DNA of 64,000 nt from an uncultured bacterium (GCA_963726455.1 CAVSCK010000003.1:512001-576000), one strand, 5' to 3'. Positions 9,697 to 19,894 are shown, counted from the first letter of the stretch. The notes: generated by a model from the letters alone, not told the origin. A program made the numbers and translations.

Positions 9697-10554
9697 ATGT
9701 TATCAGAAAATCAAAACCCGAACGTAATTCGTCGCAGCAGCCACGCCGGAAGTTTCTATCCATCCGATCCGGTGGTACTGGCAGGTCAAATTAAGGAAAT
9801 GCTGGAGGCTGCTTCAATTGAAGGTGAGATCGGGAAAGTCGTTGGCTTGGTGTCGCCACATGCCGGTTATATGTATTCGGGTGGTTGCGCGGCGCACGGA
9901 TATAGGACTATCGCTAAGAAGAAATATGATGTCGTGGTTGTGATCTCGCCGTCGCACCAGGTATTCTTTGACGGCGCGTCAGTGTTCAACGGCGGTGGCT
10001 ACGAGACACCTTTGGGTGTAGTTTACACTGAACTTGATTTGGCCAAGGAAATCGGCAACGTTCACCCCAAAGTGACACTGTCTGCGACCGGACACATCGG
10101 TGGCAGAGCAGCCGAGCATGCGCTGGAAGTTCAACTTCCGTTCCTGCAAGTTGTGCTGGGGGATTTCAAACTCGTCCCTATTGTAATGGGGGATCAAGAG
10201 CAGGACGTCGTCACGGCACTAGCCGAAGTTCTCTCATCCAAACTGAGCAACAGGAATGCATTGATAGTAGCCAGCTCTGATTTGTCGCATTACTATCCGG
10301 CCGAGAAGGCGCTCAAGATGGATGGCGGCGTGATCAACGCCATTGAGAAATACGACTGGAAGCTGCTTCAGGACCGAGTCGTCGGAGGCACATCACAGGC
10401 ATGTGGTGCCGGCCCCATTGCCTGCTGCATGTACGCATCGAAACGATTGGGGGCCAATCGAGCGCGCGTAGCGAAGTATACACACTCAGGCATTGTTACC
10501 GGCGACAATTCCGAAGTCGTGGGATACCTGTCTGCGATATTTGACCGGAAATAA
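9697..10554 (+). CDS. amrB: AmmeMemoRadiSam system protein B (MEMO1 family)
   Basis: AGSFYP, PHAGYMYSG, EHALEVQLPFL, SSDLSHY and ACG motifs. Confidence 0.92.
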   Translation: MLSENQNPNVIRRSSHAGSFYPSDPVVLAGQIKEMLEAASIEGEIGKVVGLVSPHAGYMYSGGCAAHGYRTIAKKKYDVVVVISPSHQVFFDGASVFNGGGYETPLGVVYTELDLAKEIGNVHPKVTLSATGHIGGRAAEHALEVQLPFLQVVLGDFKLVPIVMGDQEQDVVTALAEVLSSKLSNRNALIVASSDLSHYYPAEKALKMDGGVINAIEKYDWKLLQDRVVGGTSQACGAGPIACCMYASKRLGANRARVAKYTHSGIVTGDNSEVVGYLSAIFDRK

Positions 10555-10743
10555 GCGGCCGGCAACCAGACAATTTCCTCACTCAAAATTCCCTGACATT
10601 GAAAGTTTACTACCGCACTTCTTGTTTGATCTATTCGATGACGGACAGGTGAATACTCTCGTTGCCTCATAACTAGAAGTGGTACCGGTCAAACTTGCGG
10701 TAACTCGGCGCTGTATCAAGCTCAGAAGTGGATTTGCGTTAGC

Positions 10744-10772
10744 TTGACATCATGCCGCCGCTAAGGTAATTT
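10744..10772 (+). promoter_or_regulatory. Sigma70 promoter of the dprA operon
   Basis: TTGACA-17 bp-TAATTT. Confidence 0.55.
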
Positions 10773-10775
10773 GCG

Positions 10776-11708
10776 ATGGAGATGCTTGCGAAATCCGCAT
10801 TTCAAGAGCGATCTTGCGGAAAGGAGTTTCCTATCAGTTTCACAGATGAAGACATAGCGGTAATTGCGATTCGCGAGTACGCGGCAGTCGGGCCGCGCAC
10901 GTTTCAACTCCTGCTGACTCACTTTGGAACTATGGAGAAGATCTTTAGCTCCCTTCCGGGCGAGATCGCCGAGCTTCCCAGGATGAGCGACGAGCGCGAA
11001 GAACAGATACGCGCATCAATGGAAAACGCGCCCTACATCCGCAAACGCTTATCAATGCTTCACGACCGCGGCATTGAGGTTTCGACCGTCTTCAATCTGA
11101 CATATCCAACGTCACTGTTGGAAATCGCCGACCCACCGCCGTTGATCTATTGGCGGGGTGAATACAATGTATTTAATCGCAACTGCGTCGCTATCGTCGG
11201 CACGCACACAGCCAGCAACGGTGGGATCGCCGAGGCCGTCAGACTGGGGAAGATGATCTCCGCAACCGGCGCCGTGGTCGTCTCAGGTCTGGCGCGTGGT
11301 ATAGACGGCGGTGCTCATGTCGGGGCATTGTCCGGCGAGGGCAAAACTATTGCCGTGCTTGGCTGCGGTTTTGATGACATATATCCTCCAGAGCACAAAG
11401 CACTCGCGGACAATATCGCCGGGCACGGACTGCTTGTTTCCGAATACCCGCCGGACTCCGAGGTCACAGTCGGGCGGCTGATGGCGCGTAACCGGCTGAT
11501 TATCGGACTGGCAAAGTCTGTTATTGTCGTGGAGGTATCGTCGGACACCGGCGGCACGGTCGCCGCAATTGCCGAGACAGTCAAGCAGGGCAAGACACTG
11601 TTTACTTGCTTCAATCCCAACACCAATGGCGCCAGCACAAACAGCATGGGGGCGGTCCATTTAGCGAGCGCAGACGACTGGAAAATGGTTCTGCAATACA
11701 TGGTGTGA
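10776..11708 (+). CDS. dprA: DNA-processing protein DprA (start uncertain; appears to lack the C-terminal winged helix)
   Basis: YP..L..I.DPP, VAIVG, VSGLARGID and RNRLI motifs. Confidence 0.9.
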   Translation: MEMLAKSAFQERSCGKEFPISFTDEDIAVIAIREYAAVGPRTFQLLLTHFGTMEKIFSSLPGEIAELPRMSDEREEQIRASMENAPYIRKRLSMLHDRGIEVSTVFNLTYPTSLLEIADPPPLIYWRGEYNVFNRNCVAIVGTHTASNGGIAEAVRLGKMISATGAVVVSGLARGIDGGAHVGALSGEGKTIAVLGCGFDDIYPPEHKALADNIAGHGLLVSEYPPDSEVTVGRLMARNRLIIGLAKSVIVVEVSSDTGGTVAAIAETVKQGKTLFTCFNPNTNGASTNSMGAVHLASADDWKMVLQYMV

Positions 11709-11713
11709 CATCG

Positions 11714-11941
11714 ATGAACCACGAAGAACGAGTCAGAGTAATACAGGAAATCGTCGATGAAGCGACCCTGAGATTGATGATGGGCGGCATTACGTTGACG
11801 GACGCAGATCTCATCCTACTACGGGTCCGCAACCAGGCCAGACTCCTGCTCCCGGACAAAATGCAAACATACGACTTGATCTACCATAGTCGCTTGCAGA
11901 GACTGATTGACCAATTCGTCAGGCCCAATCAGCTTGCGTGA
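11714..11941 (+). CDS. Small hypothetical helical protein (75 aa)
   Basis: ATG 11714 just after the dprA stop; fills the gap to yigZ; LLPDKMQTYDLIYHSRLQRL. Confidence 0.65.
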   Translation: MNHEERVRVIQEIVDEATLRLMMGGITLTDADLILLRVRNQARLLLPDKMQTYDLIYHSRLQRLIDQFVRPNQLA

Positions 11942-12554
11942 CAGTTATCTCACTATTGCCGCCAGCATACGTGCGGAAATCAAGGTCGAGCGATCACGAT
12001 TTATCGCCACGGCAACACCGGTAGATTCAAAGGCCACCGCCGAGGCGGCATACGAGCAAATCCGCAAAGAATTCCATGACGCCACTCACAATTGTCTTGC
12101 CTATCAGTTGGGAATGGAACCTAGCGTTATTTTTAGGTATTCCGATGACGGCGAACCCTCGGGTACCGCCGGTAAGCCAATCTATGACGCGATCCTTGGC
12201 CGCGATCTTACCGATATAATGATTGTTGTGACCCGTTACTTCGGAGGCATCAAGCTCGGCACAGGTGGACTTGGACGCGCCTATCGTGACGCGGCAGCGG
12301 CAGTGCTCGACAACGCTTCCGTGGTGGAGCGATTCCTGATGCAGGATTTCAAATTGAGATTTGCACACGAACAGATATCGGCCGTGATGAAATTACTGTC
12401 AGATTTTGGCCTGAAACCGTTGGACACTATCTATGGCGACGATGTGCTGCTTGCTGCAGCGATCAGGCGGGGGCAGTTCGAAATATTCCGAAACGCATTT
12501 GTCGACCGCACGCACGGCAAGGCGGCAATTGAAAAGATTGAGGAGGAAGCATGA
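11907..12554 (+). CDS. yigZ: YigZ/IMPACT family protein
   Basis: SRFIA, ATHNC.AY, DDGEPSGTAG.P and VTRYFGGIKLG.GGL motifs. Confidence 0.93.
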   Translation: MTNSSGPISLRDSYLTIAASIRAEIKVERSRFIATATPVDSKATAEAAYEQIRKEFHDATHNCLAYQLGMEPSVIFRYSDDGEPSGTAGKPIYDAILGRDLTDIMIVVTRYFGGIKLGTGGLGRAYRDAAAAVLDNASVVERFLMQDFKLRFAHEQISAVMKLLSDFGLKPLDTIYGDDVLLAAAIRRGQFEIFRNAFVDRTHGKAAIEKIEEEA

Positions 12555-13126
12555 GCGATTGGCTTGCTAATATCGACACCAATTTGTTCATCTTCTTGAA
12601 CGGGAAGCTGGCAAACCCTGTCTTCGACGCCGTCATGCCGATAATCACCAACGACTGGCTGTTGCGCGTAGTGTTTCTAATCATTGTAGTATCACTCGCA
12701 ATCTTCGGCAAGAAACAGGGTCGAATCGCCGCCGTTCTCTGCGTGATCGCGGTTGGCTGCTCCGATCAAATGTCATCACACCTGATCAAACCGTTGGTAT
12801 CGCGTCTGCGACCATGCCATGTTGTCGCCAGCGTGCACCTGCTAATCAATTGCTCCCAGGGATTGTCTTTTCCGTCATCCCATGCCGCTAATTCCTTTGC
12901 ACCGGCTGTTCTCATGTCATTCTTCTATCCCAAGAAAGTGTGGCTCTTCCTTGCGATTGCGGCGGTCGTGGCCTACTCGCGCATCGTGGTCGGCGTACAT
13001 TATCCGTTCGATGTCGCGGCAGGGGCCGTGGTCGGTGCTATCTGTGGCATTGTCATCGTAGTGATTTACCGTTACGTGAACGCCAGATTCATTGCTAGGA
13101 AGCACCCGCCTCAATCTACGGCTTGA
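12551..13126 (+). CDS. PAP2-family membrane phosphatase
   Basis: KxxxxRxRP, SFPSSH and SRxxxGVHYPFD motifs; ATGA overlap with yigZ. Confidence 0.92.
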   Translation: MSDWLANIDTNLFIFLNGKLANPVFDAVMPIITNDWLLRVVFLIIVVSLAIFGKKQGRIAAVLCVIAVGCSDQMSSHLIKPLVSRLRPCHVVASVHLLINCSQGLSFPSSHAANSFAPAVLMSFFYPKKVWLFLAIAAVVAYSRIVVGVHYPFDVAAGAVVGAICGIVIVVIYRYVNARFIARKHPPQSTA

Positions 13127-13527
13127 CAGGCAGCCAGAGTGGAATTCCGCCTTCGGCAGGCATGCACCTGCCTCTCCGGAGAAATTTTCCTACTATTGAA
13201 TAATGTAGTGTTCGCGCCGCAACCATTTGCGCTGTAAGTCACCAACGCCCAAGTAGTTGACCTTTCACCACGTGTGGGCATCATCTTTGCAGTCTTTGAA
13301 TCGGATTGGAGGGTCATGGAAGACCTGAAAGAATTTCGCCGGTTCAAATCAAATGATCTTGAGCGGCTTCCTGTCGCAGATTCAAGTAGTACCCTTTCTC
13401 CCGTGTCTAGGTCATTCTCAGCAGAATTCGAATTTGCAGTCGGACGGTTTGTGTTATACAGACTCTCCCCTACACGAATCTTCCGTCAAGAGATTTTGCA
13501 CCACTTGCTAGTCGACCGGAGCAACTG

Positions 13528-15558
13528 ATGGAAACCATGTTCGAACAAACTCAGTATCTACCTGCGGAACAGATTGTTAACTCCCTCGAAACAACAAGAC
13601 TATCATCGGAGCCAGGACTCAGAGAGTTGGATTTCTGGAAGGAAATGCAGGTCCCTGATCCGGGGGCTGTTCTTTCTGCGTTTCCGAATATCCTCTCGGG
13701 CTGCGGCTCAAAGGCGAATCTGCGTAAACTCCGCCGCGACTATCCGGACGCGTGTTCGCAAATTGAGGAGAGCGCGCGCGCTGCGCTACAGCATTGTTTC
13801 GACCTGCTTGGTTCAGGGAATGTCGAGCTCGGCGAAAGCATCGACTGGTCACTGGATTTCAAGAGCGGTAAACGCTGGGATTTGCGTGAGCGCCGCCTGC
13901 AGAAACTCATAAATCGACGCGACAACTCAGATGTCAGGATTCCCTGGGAGCTTTCCCGCTGCAATCATTTCCTGACGATGGCGTTGGCGTATCTTCTGAC
14001 CAACGATCACACGTTTGCGATCGAATTCGAGAATCAAGTTTACTCCTGGCGCGACGCGAACCCCTACGAGTTTAGTCTCAACTGGACCAGCACGTCGGAG
14101 ACTTCATATCGGTGCCTCAACTGGTTGGTTGCCTACAAGGCATTCGGCCTGCAACGAAGATTCACCCCGGAATTCGAGCGAGAGTTCTTGACCGAACTCT
14201 ACAAAGGTGGCCGCTTCATTCGCGCCAATCTGGACGACACCGGGCTTGGCGAGAATGCTTCCGACCGTATAATCGATCTCGTGGGTTTGCTGTACATCGG
14301 CGAATTGTTCAGGAATACGACTTACGGTTACGAATGGCGAAGATTGGCGATTGCGCAACTTGAAAGAGAGACCGCCTCTCGGATTGACGCCGAGGGACTT
14401 GAATACGAATCATCGCTTCCCTACCACGGGGTCATATCTGAGTTCCTTCTCTATGCGCAACTGTTGTCCTCAAGAAGTGATTTTCGTTTCTCGGAGACAT
14501 TTGCTGCCACCCTCATCAAGATGCTGCGGCAGCTTGCCTTCTTCACGCAACGTGATGGTACGATCCTGCCGTTCGGAGACTGCGACGACAGTCGCCTGTT
14601 CAAGATTACCGCGCGACATCCCCGTGATTTTCGTGACCTGATTGCAATCGGCAAGGTACAATTCGGGGACTCGTCTGGCGCCGGCACCGCACATGCGCCC
14701 GAGGAATTGGCTGTCTTCGAAGATTCTCAGATTGCGCCTGGCGGTAAAAAGGCCAACCAACCGTTGGGCTGTTCCGTATACTTCACTGCCTCGGGAATAT
14801 GCCGTCTCAGTTCAAACGATCTGACCGCAACTTTCTTCGCAAACGGAGTCAGCGCCGGCGGTTTGGGAAGTCATAAACACAACGACACTCTGAGTTTCAC
14901 CCTCGAACACCACGGAATTCCGGTATTGATTGACCCCGGAACCTACACCTATACCGCCGATGAAACCTGGCGCAATCTATTTCGCTCGGCAGCCAGTCAC
15001 AATTGCGTGACGGTTGACGACTGTGAGCCAAACAGAATGGTAAGCGGTTTGCCCTTCGTACTACGACGCGATAGCCACCCCCTGGTCGTTCGTTGGGACA
15101 GCGACGATGATTTTGATCTGGTGGTCGCCGAAAATGACGGGTACTGCCGGCTGGACGATCCGGTTATACATCGACGTTCGCTCTTTCTCGACAAGGCGAC
15201 GCAAGTACTGTTGCTGCGTGACGAACTTATCGCACAGGGCCTGCATGTCATCAACTACCATTTTCAGGCCGACAACATCAGAATCACGCTGCTCAGAGAT
15301 CAATATCTGCGACTGCAACCGCACGCAGACGGATCAGGGATTCTACTGGCAAACTGCGTCCCCGGACTGAGTATGGGAATCAGCACCAATTGGGTTTCGC
15401 CGCGATATGGTGTCAAACACTCCGGCCTGAAAATCACTGCCTCGGCGAAAGTCAAGTTGCCGTTTGCTTCGCTTTTCGCCTTTGTACCTGACGACACCGG
15501 TGATTTGGTTTCGGCAGGTGCGAAGATTGAAGCCGCTCGCAACTTGATCGGCTGGTAG
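13528..15558 (+). CDS. Heparinase II/III-family (alginate lyase-like) protein
   Basis: DVRIPWELSR, E.S..YH, GDCD, HKHND.LSF, DPGTYTY and RS..SHN motifs. Confidence 0.88.
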   Translation: METMFEQTQYLPAEQIVNSLETTRLSSEPGLRELDFWKEMQVPDPGAVLSAFPNILSGCGSKANLRKLRRDYPDACSQIEESARAALQHCFDLLGSGNVELGESIDWSLDFKSGKRWDLRERRLQKLINRRDNSDVRIPWELSRCNHFLTMALAYLLTNDHTFAIEFENQVYSWRDANPYEFSLNWTSTSETSYRCLNWLVAYKAFGLQRRFTPEFEREFLTELYKGGRFIRANLDDTGLGENASDRIIDLVGLLYIGELFRNTTYGYEWRRLAIAQLERETASRIDAEGLEYESSLPYHGVISEFLLYAQLLSSRSDFRFSETFAATLIKMLRQLAFFTQRDGTILPFGDCDDSRLFKITARHPRDFRDLIAIGKVQFGDSSGAGTAHAPEELAVFEDSQIAPGGKKANQPLGCSVYFTASGICRLSSNDLTATFFANGVSAGGLGSHKHNDTLSFTLEHHGIPVLIDPGTYTYTADETWRNLFRSAASHNCVTVDDCEPNRMVSGLPFVLRRDSHPLVVRWDSDDDFDLVVAENDGYCRLDDPVIHRRSLFLDKATQVLLLRDELIAQGLHVINYHFQADNIRITLLRDQYLRLQPHADGSGILLANCVPGLSMGISTNWVSPRYGVKHSGLKITASAKVKLPFASLFAFVPDDTGDLVSAGAKIEAARNLIGW

Positions 15559-15667
15559 GCGACCGCTCTGATAAGCGAGACATCGTTTTAGCCCTGACAT
15601 CACACGCACATTACGTATATTGTATGATGGTGTCGGCGGTCGACGAACGGACGGCGGCAAAACTATT

Positions 15668-16417
15668 ATGACACATTGTCGAAGAATGTTAGCTTATGGT
15701 ATCAGTTTGATTTTGGTCTGGCTTCTGGGGTCGGCACCTGTATTGAGCAGAGACAGTACACATATGAACGAGAACGACAAGGATCCCTTCCATTATCAGC
15801 GCCGGCAGATGGTGGAAACGCAACTAGCAGCGCGCGATATTCATGACAAACTGGTCCTGGAGGCAATGGCCAAAGTGCCCCGGCACGAATTCATTCCCAA
15901 ACAGTTTCGCGACGAAAGCTATACGGACAACCCGCTATCCATTGGCTATGGACAAACGATTTCGCAACCTTACATCGTAGCGTTAATGACTCAGTTGGCG
16001 CTGGTGGATACATCGTCGAAAGTGCTGGAGATCGGCACCGGATCGGGATATCAAGCCGCGATACTGGCGACACTGGTCAAGCAGGTATATTCGATCGAGA
16101 TAGTTGAGCCACTATGCCGGCGTGCGGATTCAACTCTGTCCAAACTGGGCTACACCAATGTGACTGTAAAATGTGGTGACGGCTATCGGGGGTGGCCGGA
16201 GCAAGCGCCTTTTGACGCCGTACTCGTCACGGCGGCGCCTGACCATATTCCCCAACCTTTGATCGATCAGCTCAAAGTAGGCGGCCGGCTGGTGATTCCG
16301 GTCGGTGATCAAAACCAGGAATTACTGCAAATTGTCAAATCGGAGCAGGGCACGATCACCAAGGATGTCATCCCAGTGCGTTTCGTCCCCATGACCGGCG
16401 AGGCGGAAAAGCGGTAG
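15668..16417 (+). CDS. pcm: Protein-L-isoaspartate O-methyltransferase with signal-like N-terminus (start uncertain)
   Basis: VPRHEF, GQTISQPY, VLEIGTGSGYQAA and VRFVPM motifs. Confidence 0.93.
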   Translation: MTHCRRMLAYGISLILVWLLGSAPVLSRDSTHMNENDKDPFHYQRRQMVETQLAARDIHDKLVLEAMAKVPRHEFIPKQFRDESYTDNPLSIGYGQTISQPYIVALMTQLALVDTSSKVLEIGTGSGYQAAILATLVKQVYSIEIVEPLCRRADSTLSKLGYTNVTVKCGDGYRGWPEQAPFDAVLVTAAPDHIPQPLIDQLKVGGRLVIPVGDQNQELLQIVKSEQGTITKDVIPVRFVPMTGEAEKR

Positions 16418-16467
16418 GCCATCTACCCCAATTGTGCACGTTACATAATGAGGCCATCCGCAAAAAC

Positions 16468-16493
16468 AAAAGCCCCGCCGGTGGCGGGGCTTT
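16468..16493. terminator. Probable bidirectional terminator between pcm and ppdK
   Basis: AAAAGCCCCGCC-ggt-GGCGGGGCTTT. Confidence 0.8.
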
Positions 16494-16514
16494 CTATTAA
16501 CAGTCGTGACTGAG

Positions 16515-19343
16515 CTACTTCTTCTTTGGTTTGTCGTCCTTCCCTGCCTGACGTTCCCTGATCGCAATTTGCGCAGCCGCCAGACGAGCAATCGGAACTC
16601 GGAAAGGTGAACACGATACGTAATTCAGTCCCGTACGATGGCAGAAACCGATTGAATCGGGATCGCCGCCGTGCTCACCGCAGATACCGGTTTTGAGATT
16701 CGGCTTGACCGATCGCCCTTTGTCCACAGCCATTTTGATAAGTTGACCGACACCTGCTTGGTCAATCGTAACAAACGGGTCACGCGACAGGATGCCTTTT
16801 TCGTAATAATACCTGAGGAATTTGCCGGCATCGTCGCGCGAGAATCCCATCGTCATCTGCGTCAAATCGTTGGTGCCAAAACTGAAGAAATCGGCCTCCT
16901 GCGCGATCTCGTCCGCAGTCAGCGCCGCTCGTGGAATCTCGATCATCGTGCCAACCAAGTACGGAATCTCGAACTTGTACTTGCGAGTCATCTGTTCCCC
17001 GATCCGCACGATAATTTCTTTCTGGTTGGCCAACTCGGCTCGTTGTCCCACCAAGGGCACCATGATTTCCGGGAAGACGCGTTTGCCGTCTCTCATCAGC
17101 TCTGCCGCGGCCATGAAGATCGCCTTAACCTGCATCTCAGTAATCTCGGGATAGGTGATGCCAAGCCGGCAGCCACGGTGGCCAAGCATCGGGTTCTGTT
17201 CGTGCAGACTGTCGATACGGTCAAGAATCTTTCTCAGGCGGCCGATATCCTCCGATTTTTCGTTTGCAGTCTCGGCGTCCTGAATCTGCTTCAGAACGTC
17301 CTCGCGTTTGGGAAGAAACTCGTGCAGCGGCGGATCGAGCGTTCTGATCGTCACCGGCAGACCTTCCATCGCTTCGAAGATCGCTTTGAAGTCTGCTTTC
17401 TGGAACGGCAGGAGCTTGTCCAGCGACGCCTGACGTTCATCTTGCGTGGTTGCCAGAATCATCGCCTGAATGTGCGGTAGACGATTCTTGCCGAAAAACA
17501 TATGCTCGGTTCGGCAGAGCCCGATTCCTTCGGCGCCAAATTTACGCGCCAGTGCCGCATCACTCGGTGTATCGGCATTGGTGCGAATACCGATCGCGCG
17601 CACTTCGTCGGCCCAGGTCATGAACGTGCCAAATTCCCCGGAGAGTTCGGGGTCAATGGTCGGTACTTCGCCCAGCATGACTTCGCCGGTGGTGCCGTTG
17701 ATCGTGATGACTTCTTTGTCCTTTACCACCAGAGTTCCGATGGCAAATTGCCGGCGTGCCTCGTAAACGCGAACATCTTCGCAACCGGCCACGCACGGTT
17801 TGCCCATGCCGCGTGCAACCACGGCTGCGTGGGATGTCATACCACCGCGGGCGGTCAAAACGCCTTCGGCTGCAATCATGCCGGCGATGTCGTCCGGATT
17901 GGTTTCAGTTCGGACCAGGATGGTCTTCTCACCGCGTTCAGCCAGGCGAACGGCCTCATCGGCGTGAAATACAACTTTGCCGGACGCCGCTCCAGGTGAA
18001 GCCGACAGCCCGCGTGCAATCACTTCAACGTCGGCGTTGGGGTCGATACGTGGATGGAGAAGCTGATCGAGTTGCTCCGGCTGAATGCGCAGCAGCGCTT
18101 CGTCTTTGGTAATCAGCTTCTCGTGAACCATATCCACGGAAATCTTGACGGCGGCCTGCGCGGTGCGTTTGCCGGTGCGCGTCTGGAGCATGTACAACTT
18201 GTTCTCTTGAATCGTGAACTCAAAGTCCTGCACGTCGCGGTAGTGTTTTTCCAGTTTGCCGGTGATGTCTTTGAGTTGCTTATAGGCCTCCGGCATCACT
18301 TTCGCCAACTCAGTGATAGGTTGAGGCGTGCGAATACCCGCGACTACGTCCTCACCCTGCGCGTTAACCAGAAACTCGCCATAGAATTCCTTGTTGCCGT
18401 TGGAGGGATTGCGCGTGAAGCCAACACCGGTGGCCGACGAATCTCCCATATTGCCGAACACCATCGCCTGAATATTGACGGCGGTGCCCAGATCAGATGG
18501 AATGTGATTGGCGGCGCGATAGGTGATTGCCCGTGGCGAATTCCAACTGCGAAATACAGCATCGCGCGCCATCTGCAATTGCATCCAGGGATCAGTTGGA
18601 AACGGTTCGCCGGACTTGGCGGTGATCAGCTTCAGGAACTGCTTGACGATATCTTTCAGGTCGTCGATTGAAAGCGACGCGTCATGTTTGATCGAACGTT
18701 GTCTTTTCTTCTTGGTGATGATCTCCTCAAACTGATCTTTGTCAATACCAAGCACGACATTTCCGAACATGGAGATGAATCGGCGGTAGTTGTCATAAGC
18801 AAACCGAGGATTGTTGGTCTTGGCGATCAGTCCCTTCAAGGTCTCTTCATTTAGCCCGAGATTCAGGATCGTGTCCATCATTCCCGGCATCGAGAATTTG
18901 GCGCCCGATCGCACCGAAACCAGCAGTGGATTCTTGGCATCACCAAACCTGGCTCCCATCGCCTTTTCAAGATGCTCCATGATCTGCTTCATTTCGCGAT
19001 CAAACGTTTTCGGCAAAGACATCTTGTTGTCGTAGTAGAGACGACAAACTTCGGTGGAGATGGTGAATCCCGGTGGCACCGGAATTCCCAAATTAGTCAT
19101 CTCGGCGAGGCCGGCGCCTTTTCCTCCCAGCGTGTCTTTCATCGCACCATCACCTTCGGCCTTACCGCCGCCGAAAGAATAGAAGTATTTACCGCCGGGA
19201 AGCAGCGACGGCCTCTTCTTTTCGACCGGAAGTTCTTTGATTTGAACTCCGATTTTGCGGGGCTTCAAAGGTTTTGCGGCAATTGCTTTTGGTTTGGAGG
19301 CAACTTTCGGTTTACTCTTCGGCGTCACCTTTTTCTTTGCCAT
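16515..19343 (-). CDS. ppdK: Pyruvate, phosphate dikinase with Lys-rich N-terminal extension
   Basis: LGGKGA, SVRSGA, GGMTSHAAVVAR, GLCRTEHMF and GICGEHGG motifs. Confidence 0.97.
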   Translation of the reverse strand: MAKKKVTPKSKPKVASKPKAIAAKPLKPRKIGVQIKELPVEKKRPSLLPGGKYFYSFGGGKAEGDGAMKDTLGGKGAGLAEMTNLGIPVPPGFTISTEVCRLYYDNKMSLPKTFDREMKQIMEHLEKAMGARFGDAKNPLLVSVRSGAKFSMPGMMDTILNLGLNEETLKGLIAKTNNPRFAYDNYRRFISMFGNVVLGIDKDQFEEIITKKKRQRSIKHDASLSIDDLKDIVKQFLKLITAKSGEPFPTDPWMQLQMARDAVFRSWNSPRAITYRAANHIPSDLGTAVNIQAMVFGNMGDSSATGVGFTRNPSNGNKEFYGEFLVNAQGEDVVAGIRTPQPITELAKVMPEAYKQLKDITGKLEKHYRDVQDFEFTIQENKLYMLQTRTGKRTAQAAVKISVDMVHEKLITKDEALLRIQPEQLDQLLHPRIDPNADVEVIARGLSASPGAASGKVVFHADEAVRLAERGEKTILVRTETNPDDIAGMIAAEGVLTARGGMTSHAAVVARGMGKPCVAGCEDVRVYEARRQFAIGTLVVKDKEVITINGTTGEVMLGEVPTIDPELSGEFGTFMTWADEVRAIGIRTNADTPSDAALARKFGAEGIGLCRTEHMFFGKNRLPHIQAMILATTQDERQASLDKLLPFQKADFKAIFEAMEGLPVTIRTLDPPLHEFLPKREDVLKQIQDAETANEKSEDIGRLRKILDRIDSLHEQNPMLGHRGCRLGITYPEITEMQVKAIFMAAAELMRDGKRVFPEIMVPLVGQRAELANQKEIIVRIGEQMTRKYKFEIPYLVGTMIEIPRAALTADEIAQEADFFSFGTNDLTQMTMGFSRDDAGKFLRYYYEKGILSRDPFVTIDQAGVGQLIKMAVDKGRSVKPNLKTGICGEHGGDPDSIGFCHRTGLNYVSCSPFRVPIARLAAAQIAIRERQAGKDDKPKKK

Positions 19344-19480
19344 GGCTTATATCCAGTCCAAGTTAAATGTGTTTTCAAACAGTAGTTACGGCGCAATTCG
19401 CCAAAACAAAAGCGCCGCAGCGATTCTACACCCAGAACCGAGCTGCAGCACCTTATTAATGTTTGATTCGAAATTTACCG

Positions 19481-19804
19481 TCACATGGTAAACATCTTCT
19501 CGCCAGCAATAATCTTTTGCAGCATTTTCAGAGTTTTTTCGGCCGGAGAGTGCATCAGATCGTGCGTGTTGTACGTCAAGCGCGCCGAATCACGCTTGAA
19601 TTCTAAGGCGTTTCTGCCCTTGGCTCCGGGGAGTCGTTGTTTCTTTTTGTGCAACAGATTGTACTGGCGCTGGTACTCCTTGGCCTTTTCGCGATGAGCC
19701 AGATAGTACTGGCGCTGATATTCCTGTCGCCTCCGCTTCGCCTCTTCAGGAGAGAGAGGCTCTTTACGCCTACGGCGCGTCTTTGTGAGGGTTATTTTTG
19801 CCAT
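19481..19804 (-). CDS. Small, very basic hypothetical protein with a repeated EYQRQY helix
   Basis: ATG 19804 with GAAGGTGG RBS and its own promoter. Confidence 0.7.
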   Translation of the reverse strand: MAKITLTKTRRRRKEPLSPEEAKRRRQEYQRQYYLAHREKAKEYQRQYNLLHKKKQRLPGAKGRNALEFKRDSARLTYNTHDLMHSPAEKTLKMLQKIIAGEKMFTM

Positions 19805-19894
19805 CCCCACCTTCCCTGGCATAAGGTTAATAACTCAACCAACTGAGAAGGCCACTCACCTCTTGCGGCTCCTCAAAAACTTCCTGTTGCAACT

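Noticed and set aside
16671-18671. Long antisense ORFs over ppdK, and similar ones at 41467-42195, 43512-44120 and 50719-51612
   Set aside because: Opposite-strand shadows of well-supported genes, expected from codon bias, with no motifs.
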